64,000 nucleotides of DNA, from contig CM052817.1 in assembly GCA_028534125.1 (NCBI GenBank), forward strand, positions 79,300,001-79,364,000, read 5' to 3'. The notes under the pieces are model-generated. The model made no database searches and was not told where the DNA came from. It saw only the letters and a program-made list of their open reading frames with translations. Both the position numbers and the translations under genes were made by a program. This document shows, piece by piece, positions 13,381-26,661 of this stretch; the first letter of the stretch is position 1, and the number at the start of each line of letters is the position of its first letter. The stretch is from Lama glama (taxonomy: Eukaryota).

Positions 13381-16073
13381 CTTTTGTAATAAGAGTTGTT
13401 TAATTACCAATATTATATAATTGCCTCTTTGTACTAAACGAAGATGATATGATTTATGGTTTAAAAAGCACTAGTATTACTTTGTGAATAAAGCAACTGT
13501 ACATCCAGAATAGTGTACACTGAAATCCTAACACCAACCATGTTAGCTGAGATTTAGCTGCATTATAAAAGTCATGTCATTAATTGATGTGTACAGCAAT
13601 TTGAGTTCACATTTTAATTTCTGTGATGCTGGGTAAATAATTTCATTTCTCTGGGCCTCCTTATCCCAAGTGTAAAATGGAAATTTATAAAGGGCTCCAG
13701 ATTTTCCTTGTGAGCTCATAAATAAAAAGCTTTTTTAAAATTCTGAGTCTCTGAAAAATGATGCTAGATAAACAATGTAATTTTTAATAGATTATTTTTA
13801 TTATTTCAGTGGTTATTATTATAAGTATACATCTGCATCTTTACCCAGTTCTAACATTCTTGCTGACTGAAATGCTTAAGATAACTTCCCTTAAAAAAAT
13901 GTGATTTTTGGTTTTTGCATGAGTTAAACCAAAGGTACCAGTTAAGCTCTTTTCACATTACTGACTTTTGAATAAAAACAAATAAAAGTTACAAATTAAA
14001 AGTGAAAGGCTGGGATGGGGAATGCTTTCCTTTTATAATATATATTCCAGAAATAACTTCTAGCATTGACAGAAGGGTATCCACATAGTCAGGGGTTAAA
14101 AACTGGCCTCCCCAGGGGTCTGGGCATGGACAGTAGGGACATCTCTAGCAGGAGGACTCAGAGGTGGTTACCAGCGCCCACTCAGTTCTCAGCCCTGTGG
14201 GCCCCAAACTAAGAGAGGAGAACTGAAGCCATGGGCAGAGGTCTCCCAGATAGAGACCAAGGCGTGGCCAGCAAACCTATAGGGGAAGGAAACCAAAGAA
14301 GTCCTCAGACAAGCTTGTTAATTTGTTCAAGGACAGAAGTGCTGTGACTAGCCCCCGTTCTAACTGCTCAACTAGTGTAGGTGATCAACTTTTAAAAATT
14401 AAATTTAGTATTCATATATACACACACATTTCTATGAATACATAGCCATACATATATGTACAGACACACATGTATCTATTTGTAGGAATTTCTAGAAAGC
14501 AATATAGGAAGCTTTTCATTGTATTTGTACTTGGGGCTCTGGGGAGTGAGACTGAGGAGTCACAGGGGAAGGAGATTTTTACTTTTCACGTATACCCTTT
14601 TATACATTTTGAATAGTTTTAGCCATAGTTTGAGTATTTTTATTAAAAAATAAAATCATGTTTAATTTAAAAAAATTGTAATCCCTTAGTTGACAAAAAT
14701 TTTTAAAAATATAGGTACATATTGGCAACCATTACATTATAATCTTTCTGAAGCTAAATAAAGGCCATGTGTCTGACTATTATTAATAGGTGTGGTGTGT
14801 AGAGTTGTGTGTAGAGTGAAGTGTGTGCTGTGTGTGCTGTGTGTGGGAGACTAGGAGGTGCAAGGTTGGGTGGAGGAATGTGTTGTGTGTGTGTCTTTGT
14901 TGGTATAATGATGATTTTTAGGTGAACAAGAACTGGGAAATAGTATTCACTGGACTGCATAGAAGAGAACTTTGTTTTAAGACCAAACGCTGTGACAAGA
15001 GTTTTTAAAAAATCTTTAAAATATTCTTATTATAATAAGTGAGTACTCACTTGTTATATTAGTAACTTACTTGCTACTAAGCTGCACATTGGTACTGTTC
15101 AACTGGGTATAATTTCCATATGATGAATTTTGTGCTTAACCACTGATAATATATTGACATTATATATAAGTAGAGAATATATATGCAGAATATACATGTC
15201 TGCAGAATTCCAGTCAATCTCAGATGAGTCATCTTTGGGGAAATAAACTCATTATTAAAGTGTCACATCTTAATGGAATGGGGATTTTTATGTAAGATTA
15301 CTACGTACAAAGAAAATCACTTATAAAAACATCACCTTTTCCTCCAAAAGAATGTGATCTGAAAATATTAGAAAATTACTCTTTCATGAATTTTTTCTTT
15401 GCATTTTTTAGTATTTTAAAGTTTTTTCTTAGAATTTCTTCTTCTTTTGGAAACTATACCTTTATTTTGTGTATTCAAGCTGAAATGTGGGATTAGTACT
15501 ATACAACGCAAGTCACATGAGTCATTTTGATTTTGTCTTGAAAAGACTCTAAAACTGAGTTAAGTGTAAAGTCAGATTTCTTAGTTAGAACAAATTATAC
15601 TGCTATTTCAAAATAAAAGCATTGACCATGCTGCTTGTCTTCATGGTGAATCCACATAAGAAGAGTCTTTTTTTTTTTCAATTTTCCTTACAGTATCAAG
15701 ATAAACTTCATTAATCTGGACTGACAAATGGTATGAGTCACATTCAATTCATCCACAATGCATAAACATGGCCTCAATCTCAGCTGGTCTTGACAATGCA
15801 TCTCTTCCAACATGAGAAATAAGGAAGGTGTGAGGGTGAATGGGAAAGGATGTTCAACTTTAATGATGCTAAAACTAAAATCATTTTGCCAGATCTTTTC
15901 TTACCTGTAGGTCCCCATCCAATGAGTCAACTCATTCAGAACTGCAAGGGTACTTTAGGTAGAGCCTTCTTTCTGGTAAAAGCATTGGAATGCCACTGAC
16001 CTAAATCAATTGCTCTACAAATGCCATGTGCAATCTCCTTTATGGCTGATATGGATGGCTGGTAGTATCTGAC

Positions 16074-16407
16074 TGCTATGGACTGAACTGTGTCCACCCA
16101 CAAATCCATATGTTGAAGCTCTAACCCCCAATATAGTAGTTGGAGATGAGGCCTTTGGGAAGTAATTGGGGTTAGATGAGGTTATAAGGGTAGAGCCCTT
16201 ATGATGGAATCAGTGCCCTTGTAAGAAGAGAAAGCAGAGAGAAGGCAACTGTCTGCAAGCCAGGGACCGAGCGCTCACCAGAACCTGATGATACTGGCAC
16301 CTTGATCTCCAACTTCTAGCTTCCAGAACTGTGAGAAAATATGTTTTCGTTGTTTAAGCCACCCAGTCTGTGGTCCTTTGTTATGACAGCCCGAGCTGAG
16401 TAAGACA
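16074..16407 (+). mobile_element. MLT1A-like MaLR LTR
   Basis: TGCTATGGACTGAA...CTTCCAGAACTGTGAGAA...TTTAAGCCACCCAGTCTGTGG...TAAGACA; TSD CTGAC/CTGAA. Confidence 0.88.
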
Positions 16408-16627
16408 CTGAACATACATCTTAAGGCAAAGAAAAATTTTTTCATGCTTTATGAAACAAACCTTGGGTTCTCAGTACTTATCCAAACACTTATCCAAACA
16501 TCCAGATAAAAAGAAATATTTTACTGTACCCAGAGGCAATCCTTTTGCTCCATTCTATTCAGAGGCAGAAATACAAGCAACACCCCTCAGTTTTCATAAC
16601 TTTGCCATCAACTCCTCTGACTTCTAA

Positions 16628-16816
16628 CAGTGTTTCTCTAAGTGTAACTTGAGGACCACTGCCTCAAGATCACTTGGAGTACCTGTTAAAAATCCAGATT
16701 TCTGGGCTCCATTCTAGATGAACTAAATCAGAATCTCTCAGGGATGGGGCCCTGGAATATGTATTTTAAATGAGCATCCTTTGCAATTCCTATGCATGCT
16801 GAAGGCTGAGCATCTC
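16628..16816. mobile_element. MER5-like MITE
   Basis: TGTTAAAAATCCAGATTTCTGGGCTCC...AATCAGAATCTCT...GGGGCCCTGGAATATGTATTTTAA. Confidence 0.7.
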
Positions 16817-19800
16817 CCATATAAAAGCAATGGACATATCCTGGGTCAATGAGCCCAAACTAGTAGGCGTTTAGACACTTGTCACACAGGCCCTGCCAAA
16901 AGCAAAGTTGGAATAACAGGTTTGAGCAGTGTTGGCTAGAGGACAAGCAGCCTTACCTTCGTTTAGGCTCTCCATGCTTCATTACCACTTCAAATCTCAT
17001 CTCCAGGAAGCTACTTCCCTGAATCACAGTTAATAAGAAGACTGCAAAATGCCTTCACTAGTGACCATTTAATGTCATGCCCTTTCTTTTATCAAGGATT
17101 GATATTTTTAAAGGGTTACTATGTTTCCTTCAAAACTGCTTTTAAAGGATTAAAGAGGTGTTTCCATTATAGTATCTCTTGTACCTTTTATGAGGATTCA
17201 AGCGCTAACATCATCCTAGAATTGTGTATCAAGAAGACTGTCTCTCCAGATGAGTTTGCTTCCCTTGATCTAACAATATGAACTATATAACCCTCACCTT
17301 TTTTTGTGGCCCAGGGTATCCAGGAATTTAGCTTAGATCTAAAAATGCTCAACTACCATCACTACTCTATCCCAGATTTCTGGCACAGTCTCTCCCCTCC
17401 TCCTAAGTGATTTCTCACATAGATTTTAAATCAGTTATCCTATATTCCATGTGTCTTAAACCTATTTTATGGTTTCTAAATTTTTTTTAACAGAGTATGA
17501 ATAAATAGCCCCTTCTATGTCCACCACTGCCCACATTCCTGGACGGTACAGTCATGCTTTACTTGTCATTACCCAGTGCCCCCTAGGGAGTACTTGCTCA
17601 ATAAATGTCCAACTGAGTTCCCAAATCTTCTCCCAGGCCTCATCCTGTCACTTGACTTCAGGTCCCACATGTACAACTATCTGCCCTCTGGTCACTCTGA
17701 AATGTCCCAACTCACATTCTCCCTTAAATCAGTACCCCCTACACTCCCCCCAAACCCTGCAACACTTGCATCTCAGGCTAGTTATTCAGGCTCAGCAATT
17801 TCAAGGTCATCTGTGACTCACTGTCTTGACCCTGTCAGTCACAAGGTTCTGAAGCTTCTCCTTTGGAATGCTTCCTATACTGGACCACCTTCCTTCCAAT
17901 TCTTATTGTCAACACTCTCCCCCAGATCTTTAACACATCGTGGCAGGGTTATTACAACAGCTTTCCAGCAGAGATGGCACAAGAAGAGGCAACCAAACTT
18001 TACTGCGTACCTGGTATATATGTACGTTTTTCATGCACTATCATATTTAATTCTCATAACACTGCCATGAAGCAAGTATTATTTTCTGTTTCAGAAACAA
18101 GAAACGTGAACTCAAAGGACAGAGCCCAAGGAGACCCACGTAGTACAATTCAGAACTGGGATTCAACCCAGGGGCTGTCTGACTCCTATTCTTTCCAGGG
18201 CTTCCTGCTGCTCCAGATTTGCTACCCAACGGCCATCCCCAGCAGCCTGTGCTTCTTCAACTCTGCTTTTACTGTCACACTTCTCTTAAAAGCAAAACAG
18301 TACTAGGCTCCTCCAGCTGATTTCCAAGGATGTTGGCAGCCTGCCCCACCCTTCCTGACCAACCTTCTTTTCCTTGCTCCTCAGATTCACTCTTCACTGC
18401 CTTATAAACCTATTATTCTGCTTATTTCTGTACTATCAAGGGTATTGCTATGCTATCAAGGATATTTTTTTTGGAAAGTTAGCAACATGTTTTCTCTTTT
18501 GCCTTTCCAAATACAAGATCTTGGCCCTGGTTAACTCAGTACATCTTGCAGCCTCAGGGGTGAGGAATGCTGTATAGAGTTGGGTAGGTGTGTTAAGGGG
18601 GAAATGGAGGAGATAAATTTTAGAGGAGGAGCATAAAGAGAAAGATCAAGGTAATTTTCAGCTTTTTGAAAGAAAAATGGGATTTTTGCAAGCAGAATTT
18701 GGGAAAAGGGAAATTGTCTTGAGGAAGAATTTATTTCTCTAATTCTGAAGCAACCTGATCACTGAGCTCTCTCATCCATAGACAGGGTAGCTCTCCCACT
18801 TTTGACAGCAATGCCATCATGCCTCCCATCCTGCGAGAAGAAAGAAATAACAGAAGGGAAGTAAAAGTCAAGATGTGAATCCAATAAGGTGAGGAACACT
18901 GAGGGGGGATTCTTGGCCCACTTGCTTGATTTGTAGATCTGAAGCAGCCCAGCCTGGTTAAGTAGGGAATGGTATGGGCTTTCTCAAGCCATCCTCTGCT
19001 CCCATGTAGTGTGAACCCTGCCCTGAGAGCCAGGGAGCCTGCACCAGAACTAGAGATGACCACTGGTGCTGTGAGCTGGAGAGAGGATGTTGCAGGCACC
19101 CAGCTCCGTAGCTTGTGGGAACTGAGCTGAAACTAAATATGCCAGGGGGCACATCTGGGTGACAAAGGCAAGTCAGCCAAGATCAAGCTATTGCCATTAA
19201 CAAGCAAACCCAAATAGGCAATGCATATTGCCCAGAGGCCAGAATTGTTAAGAGAACATCACCCTTCCCCCACCACCCTCAGGGGACACATATGCTCTCC
19301 TCCCCCAATGCCCCAATGTTACAGAGAAGAGCAGGGGAAGGGGCAGCTTTCCAAGAGCCCAAGCCATTTTGTCCAAATGAAGAAGTATTTCTTAAAAAGA
19401 AAATTTACTTTATAGTATCAGGCTAAGATCAGTGAAATTGACCTCATAGCATCTCTCTAGAGTGAAATGGGAGTGGACATGCAAACCATAAAGAGACTCT
19501 GACCCCTTTTAGAGATTGGGGGGAAGGATCAGCAAGCAAAGGTCCCTTAGACACCAGCTTGCCGCACAGGGAGACACTGTCCTAGTTGACCAAATCCCTG
19601 CGATAATGTAGGGCAACCTTCCTTCCCTATTAACTCACATAATTACTTAATTGCTTAATTAACTTAATTGCTTAATTTATTGATTGCTTAATTCACTTGT
19701 TGAATGAGAACAAGTGTCTGTTTAGCAAGCAAAAAATAAAGCAGATTTAAAAAAAAAACTAATTTAAACCACAGATTGAACACTGGTCGATTATTTTCTC

Positions 19801-22447
19801 TCCTTGTCAGTGGGCAGGAGGTTCAGGAGAAAGACCAGTTCAGGAGCTTGCTGCCCATCCAAGCTTTTCTGGCTTCTTGACCCTGCTACATCTGCCTCTG
19901 GGATGGTCCTTTTTGTTTTCATCCCTGGGCTTACTCTTATTCCGGCCCTTCACCAATGCAAATCCTCCCTACTTTCTGTGGTCCACCTTACGTTACACCT
20001 CTGTAAACAAGGCAGAGCTTCACAGGTCATAACTAGAAGACCAGCAAGGTTCTGTTCATTCTGAAATGTTTTTGACCCCTTCTGAAACCACTCCTGACTA
20101 CTTCAGCCTAAGCTTTTGTAATATTGCATCTGCCCATAAATCTATACATTTCCCCCCACCTCCTTGATTTTTGTCTCCTTGACTATTGTCTCCTGTGATA
20201 TCCATGCCCTTTAAGTTTGATTGAGGATAAATGTTCCATGCTTCCTATCTTAATTTTTATACTTCTTAGCTGCTTCTATAGTGCCTAATATAGTTCAAAA
20301 ATACTTGTCAATTGATGCTAATCTACAAAGTGACTCAGTCAGAATGTTAACTTCCTTAAGGTCACTGAAAGGTAGACAATCAGAAAATGAGAGCTCAAAG
20401 GTTCTCTCCAAGTGTCTCTCTACTTTACCATGCTGTTGCTAGGGAATAAAAAAAATGAATAACAAGTTGCAAGTCAAAATAGCATTATTAAAATATATGC
20501 TTAGCTTATATGTTGGAATATTTTGGTTCTCTTAAAAACACTAAGATGGCTCTTTGGATTGAATCACAAGCTGTTTAAAACTCAGCAACAAATGAACATT
20601 ATTAAAGAAGTCACCTCAAATCTTTTATTTAAATGAGGTGAAGAATTAACCAGCTACTCAATTCATCCAGCAAGCAAGCAAAACACCACCACCGTCGATG
20701 TGAGTCAAAGCAGTGAGAATAACACCCAAATTGTTTGGTCTAATCAGTTTACCACGCTGAAGAAAGTGAACGTGCCCACCGGCTAGGATCCCGTCTGCCC
20801 TTCTGTGAAGGGCAAGAAAAGCAGAAGGAGCCACGGAAGGTAAGTAGTGAGAAAAGCACAGAGGAGGGGGAAGAGGTGTGTGAGAGCAACCACCATGATA
20901 GTTACCATATTGGGGCTGGTGATAATTGGAAGTTTAATGAAGGTGGGAAGCAGCAGGCACTGACAAAGGACAAGAAAGTCAGAGATGATAAGTCAAAAAA
21001 TAGACAAACCCCACAGTTCCCCTGGCAAACAGGCACCTGTCAGTCAAAGCGGCTGCCTCTGGAGACACGCGATAGCTACCCGCTATGCCTACGTCTGAGT
21101 GCGCTTGGAGAGAGGAAAGGGCTTCTTACGAACAGCCTCAACAATGCCATCAAAACCACACATTTCGAAAATCTCTTACTCTGTGTATTTGTGGAGGAGA
21201 AGAAGTACAGTGGGGGGACACTCAGAATGTCAGGAGTCCCTAAGCGCACCAGCGTGCAAGTTAGAGGAAGGTGGTCCAATCAGCTCGACTGTCTAGTGTA
21301 GCGGGGACGTCCCACACGGCCTGCCGCGAGCCTGCATCTACCGACACCGCGCGCTGCTCAGCAACACATTGTCACGGCAGCAGCCAAACCAGCAAGATAA
21401 GGCGCTCCATTTTAGAAACAGGAAGGCATCATTTTCATGTCTAAAGATTCCAATCTGAGAAAAAAATTAAAATGTAGCGATTCCAGCACCCACAAGTCTA
21501 GAGAGAGATTTGGGTCTCCACAGTAATTAATTCCCTGAGAGTTTCTGATGGCCAGTATTATATTCAGAATTCTCCATGTATCATTTTAATAAATCTATTA
21601 GACAGTTGCTAATTTTGGTATCTGCCCTAATGACTAAGTCGAAGACAAGAAGCTGTTGTTGGAGGGAAGCTCCAGTCCCCGTTCTCTGTCGCTTTCCCTG
21701 TCACCCCTCACACGAAAGCGCAGCCAGACCCTTCAGCAGTTAAGGCCAGAAAAGCAAAAGAGCCATGTAACAGTGTGTTGCTCCCTCTAGAAGTCCACCG
21801 AGAGCAGAGGTGAGCACCCCTAACCATTGACGGCATGAGTTCTTGACGAATATGCCCCAAAAGGCATTGAAGCAAATGTCTTCTAGAACTTAGATGTTTA
21901 TGTTTCCAGGAACTGCATTTTGTGTGTAACTCCACTGAACTGACTGTTGTATTGCTTTGTAATTGTCTGCTTGCGTGCCTGTTTCCTCAACAACACTGTA
22001 ACATACATAAGAGCAGAGGCTGTCTCTTTGTATCTCTGTATGCCTGGCTTTTAGTACATGACTGATGAAGATTCATCTGTTGGAGGCACAGATGCATGTG
22101 TCCTTAAACTGTTAAGACTGAAGATCTAGGGAACAGACACTTTTTCTCTTCAGATTAATGAATACCCTTGGTCACATATAATGTGTGGAAGTAGTGATGG
22201 AGGAGAACTGGGAGTAATGTCATGAATACTTTAATATAAATTAATTATCAGGAATTAAAGTAATGTAAACAATCATTCTTCTTTCGAAGCAGATTTATGC
22301 TTAATCACATTCATCAATTCTTAGTTACACCATGCAAAGAAATCGATGAATCTTAACATCTCTTGACTTTGGTCTTACATAAAGTTACGTTTTATCAGGA
22401 AAATCTGAGGGCAAACAGAGGATAAATCTTAGAATTAATAAGCTTTT

Positions 22448-22759
22448 TACAAGCTATTTACAAACCAAAAAGAGACTCATGGACATAGAAAACAAACTAT
22501 GGTTACCAAAGGGGATAGGGTGAAAAGGGATAAATTTGGGGTTGGGGATTAACAGACACACATTACCATATATAAAATAGATAAACAACAAGGACCAATT
22601 CTATAGCACAAGGAACTATATTAAATTTCTTTTAATAACATATAATGGAAAAGAATCTGAAGAGAAAAATATATATGTATGTATATGTATAACCAAATCA
22701 CTTTACTGTACACCTGAAACTAACATTGTAAATCAACTTCACTTTAATAAAAATTTTAA
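22448..22759 (+). mobile_element. L1 3' end (artiodactyl-type)
   Basis: GACATAGAAAACAAACTATGGTTACCAAAGGGG...CTGTACACCTGAAACTAACATTGTAAATCAAC...AATAAA; TSD AATAAGCTTTT at 22437 and 22760. Confidence 0.85.
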
Positions 22760-24346
22760 AATAAGCTTTTATAATATTAAGCTTATCTTCAAAAAGAAAA
22801 TCATTTATTAAACAATATTTTCTACAACTAATTTTTATTATTCCAGGAAGATTAGTGACAATGACATTACAAGTGAAATACAAATTCAGTCTATAACTGA
22901 ACAAGAACTGAGACAAATGAACTCAATAATAAAATCAAAAACCTCTACTGACCCAAGATAAGTTCATATTTGGCTTTTAAAATACATTAGTCACTATCAA
23001 TTATATAAATATATATAAATCTCTAATATTATTAGAAGAAAAAGGATCTGGGTTTCTATCAGTATCATCCATATTCAAGTCAGAAGTCTGAGGTTTTCAG
23101 ATGCTTGCTCCCATCTCATCACCCTGTGACCTGCTTTTCAACAGAGAATCCATATGCATCAGTCCTATTTGACAAAATGTATTTAGAAATGCAAAACTGC
23201 TGTACAGTGTTTAGTACTGACATGCGACATGCTCTTTCCTTAACAGGTCACATGCTTATGGACATTTAAATCTCATTTTTAAAAAAGGTCCAGGACCAAA
23301 TCCATGTTGTCACCTCTTATTTGAATAGTGCAAAGAAAAGAGGGGTGTTTTCTTTTGAATAGAGGAATTTTTTTGACTAGGTGAGTGAAGAGAAACATCT
23401 CTGCTCTAGATGCTAAAGACAAAATGCTATAACAATCCTAAATATTCTCATAAAGTCACTGCTGGGCCCCTAATGCACAAGTGTGAAGTTGGCCACCCGT
23501 AGTTCTCAACTACCAGACCTTCTATCTGGGGCCAGATTCCTCTGTATTCACCCTGAACAGGCCACTAATCTGGCTCCCCTGCCAGAACGACACTGTGCAG
23601 TGTTGATCGCCTGAAGGGGGTCGATCTTGATCTCTGGCCAGGAAGTTGAAAGTCTTCCTATTAAGAGCAGAGAGCTCTGTAAAAAGTTGTCTTCCTGCCA
23701 TTACATTTCTTGTGGAGTTTTAGAGAGAAGGGGAGAACACAACAGACACATTTGCTATCCTAGCACAGTAATGAAAAATCTCTAAAATTCTAACCCAGTC
23801 CTCTGATGATGTCTAGGATCCTTTCACCTCTTCGATATTAAAAAATAGAAAACTGTAAATGGTATTTGGCAGGGGGACAGTTGTGCCTTGAGATGTCCTT
23901 TTCTCTTTCCCCCCATTCTTAGTCCTCCTACTTAGCTCAAACTTTCTCAAGCTGATCTGCCATCAGTAGTCAAATTAAAATGATGAATTAATTGAATCTC
24001 ATAAATGAGTTAGTAATAATTAGTAGTCTCCTGTGTTGCTCCTCCTAGGAGTAAATGCATTTAAAATTTCGTTGAAGAAGAAAGAAATGCTTAACCCAAA
24101 AGGGGCCACAGTGTAAACACTGCAGTTCTAGGAATATGGAGATTTCAGATGTCCCACGGCTGCTGTGAATTCAATGGCAACCTTCAGCTTCAGTTTATCA
24201 GCTTGTAAAAGAACATTCTAGACTAGATAAACTCAAACATTCTATTCTTCTTCAAAGTATTCTATATGAGTTAAATTTAGGAAGTATGGTACTAAGATAA
24301 TTTTAGGTGGAGGATGTCAGATGATCCTCAAATCACACTGTATAGG

Positions 24347-24459
24347 AGGAGGGTATAGCTCAGTGGTAGAGTGCATATGCAGCATGCATGAGGTCCTGGG
24401 TTCAATCCCCAGTACCTCCATTAAATAAATAAATATATCTAATTGCTCCCCCTCCTCCA
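24347..24459 (+). mobile_element. Vic-1-type SINE
   Basis: GGGTATAGCTCAGTGGTAGAG (A box)...GGGTTCAATCCCC (B box); TSD AAATCACACTG(T/A)ATAGG at 24330-24346 and 24460-24476. Confidence 0.9.
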
Positions 24460-24609
24460 AAATCACACTGAATAGGTTACTGTCAATTCCATTTGCCTAT
24501 TAGGATCAATCATAATTAAGAATATTCTTCCTTCTGCAATCTTGGTTCTATTAATAATACTGTCATCATTTGGACTTAAATGAACACCTAAAACACAATT
24601 GTAGGGATG

Positions 24610-26190
24610 TTCTGTTTCAAGATGATGGAATAAAGGCCTTTCTCACCCCTTCACCTCTCCAAAATTACCCACCTAAACAACACAGAGAACAAAGAACACA
24701 AATTTCATCTTCCACAAAACCAGGAGACATGTGTAACCCCACTCCACAATGTACGAAAAGGAGATAAGTTGGAAGAATGGTGAAGGACTTAACAGAAAGA
24801 AGGAAGGTCCAACCAGAGTGCCTGTGACAAAAAGCAGGCTAATCTACCCAATATTAGAAAAGGCTCAGAAACTGAAGGCAGAAGAAGTCTCAGAAAGTAG
24901 AGATGAGGCAGGAGCCTAAAATGGAGGAATTGGCTGAAATTTTGTATAAGAAGTAGGTAGTAACCCTCCCGCCGGATCACTAACCCCCAGCCGGTATGAC
25001 CAAGTGACAACACTCTCACCTCCCTATAAGAAATACAGGAAACAAAATCTCTGGGGAAACTAAAAAGATTCTCTAAATGTGGGGATACCAGGTCCAGGGG
25101 AGGGTAGGAACTAAGAACAGGGGGTCCCTGGCTAGTTCCAGAATACCAGCAGCCTGGTATACTATCCTCTAGTCCCTCCTTCCCTGAGAAATTTTTTAAA
25201 AACACTGTATCTCTGAAATAAGAAAGAATGTTATAACAAAGGAATACTCATAAGACTAAAACGAAGTTTTAGAGATGAAAAATATAATAGATAAAATTGA
25301 AAAAATTGAGGGAAAGAGTCAGAAAATGTATTTGAGGAAATACCTCAGAAAGAAGAACACAAAAAACAACCACTGGAAAACAGCGTAGTACAGATACAAA
25401 AACTAGGGTATCAGATCAGGAAACCCAACATCCAAATAGTTGGAATTCCAGAAAGAAGAATGAAAATAGCAGGTAGGAAAAATAAAAGAAATAATACAAG
25501 AGAGCTTCCCGGAATCAAAGGGCATAAGCTTTAAATAATGAGAGCCTTCACCAAAGGGTTCACCAAATGTCCAGTTCATGGAATGAAAAAAAGACCCATA
25601 TCAAGGCATATCATCTTGACATTTCAGAACAGCACTAATGAAGAGATCATTCATGGGGAGGGAGAAGGGAGTTAAAAGTCCACAAACAAGGGAAGTCAGA
25701 AGGTTTGGAAGAGAGATCTTCAGGAAAATACACGCAGTCAGAGACTGTAAAAGATTTAGCTAAAGAGGCAAGAATAAGATGGGACAAATATTTTCTCTAA
25801 AAAAAACAACTAATCATAAAAGAAAAGAAACATAATCATACTATACAACTTGACTTAGCAGTGAGTGACAGTTACATGATCCTAATAAGGAAGATGTTAA
25901 GCAAGATATTACCCCAAAACTGTGATAAACCATGTGGTGCAGGATCGGGGAGACTGAAAGGTATAAGTGAGCGAAAATTCTTAAGACTACTGATGACATC
26001 TAAAATACAGGAAAAACAAGGTAGCAATACCGAAAGGAGTTGAAAGTGGAGTGAAATAGGGAACAGGAAGAAAAGGGGAGGGAACCAGGGAACTGCCATG
26101 AGCTTCTTGTTGTTCTTATAAGCCTTTTTTTTAGCACTAAGTTTTAAAACTATATTCATGCATTACTTCAATATTATATGAAAATAATTT
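24610..26190 (+). mobile_element. HAL1-like (half-L1) element, decayed ORF1 plus 3' tail
   Basis: L1-type 5' start (TTCAAGATGATGG), ORF1-like remnants (AACATCCAAATAGTTGGAATTCCAGAAAG; AAGACCCATATCAAGGCATATCATC), no ORF2, HAL1-like 3' tail near 26110-26190. Confidence 0.6.
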
Positions 26191-26661
26191 ACAACAAACC
26201 AATATGACAACTCTACATTGTACATAGTAAAATTACTACTCTAGGGGATAAACTAAAAATATAATTCAAAGTATCTGATGATAAAAGGTCTCAAGTCTAA
26301 TGCTGTGCTGTGCTGTTCTTGAAAATTATAACTATGGAGAAACCTGCCTCTTCCTTAATAATGATAGTCTGACTTTAATCCTTGAAGTTCAAATTCCTAT
26401 CCCTGAAGATTCAACAGTGACTTGGCAAATTTCTGATTTCCACTCCAGCCGCGGGAGAGAAGTGCTGCTTCTAACCTGAAATCCAATCCAACACGTGCAA
26501 TGTGTTCTCAGTCCCACAGCCAAGCTAAGCCTAGACTGGAACGTCAACACAAGGCCAGCACCACAGAAACTAACATCCAGCTAGAAAATCTGGCATGCAA
26601 GGCACTGTGTACTCAAATTCAGATCCCTTGTCATACAAAGTTGAGCAACAAAAGCTCTATT

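Noticed and set aside
20837..20845. Perfect plus-strand donor AAG|GTAAGT suggesting an antisense exon
   Set aside because: About one such match is expected by chance in 64 kb; no convincing acceptor or partner exon.
24347..24420. tRNA-like gene with A and B boxes
   Set aside because: Has an AT-rich tail, TSDs and seven diverged paralogs in the window, so it is a SINE rather than a tRNA.
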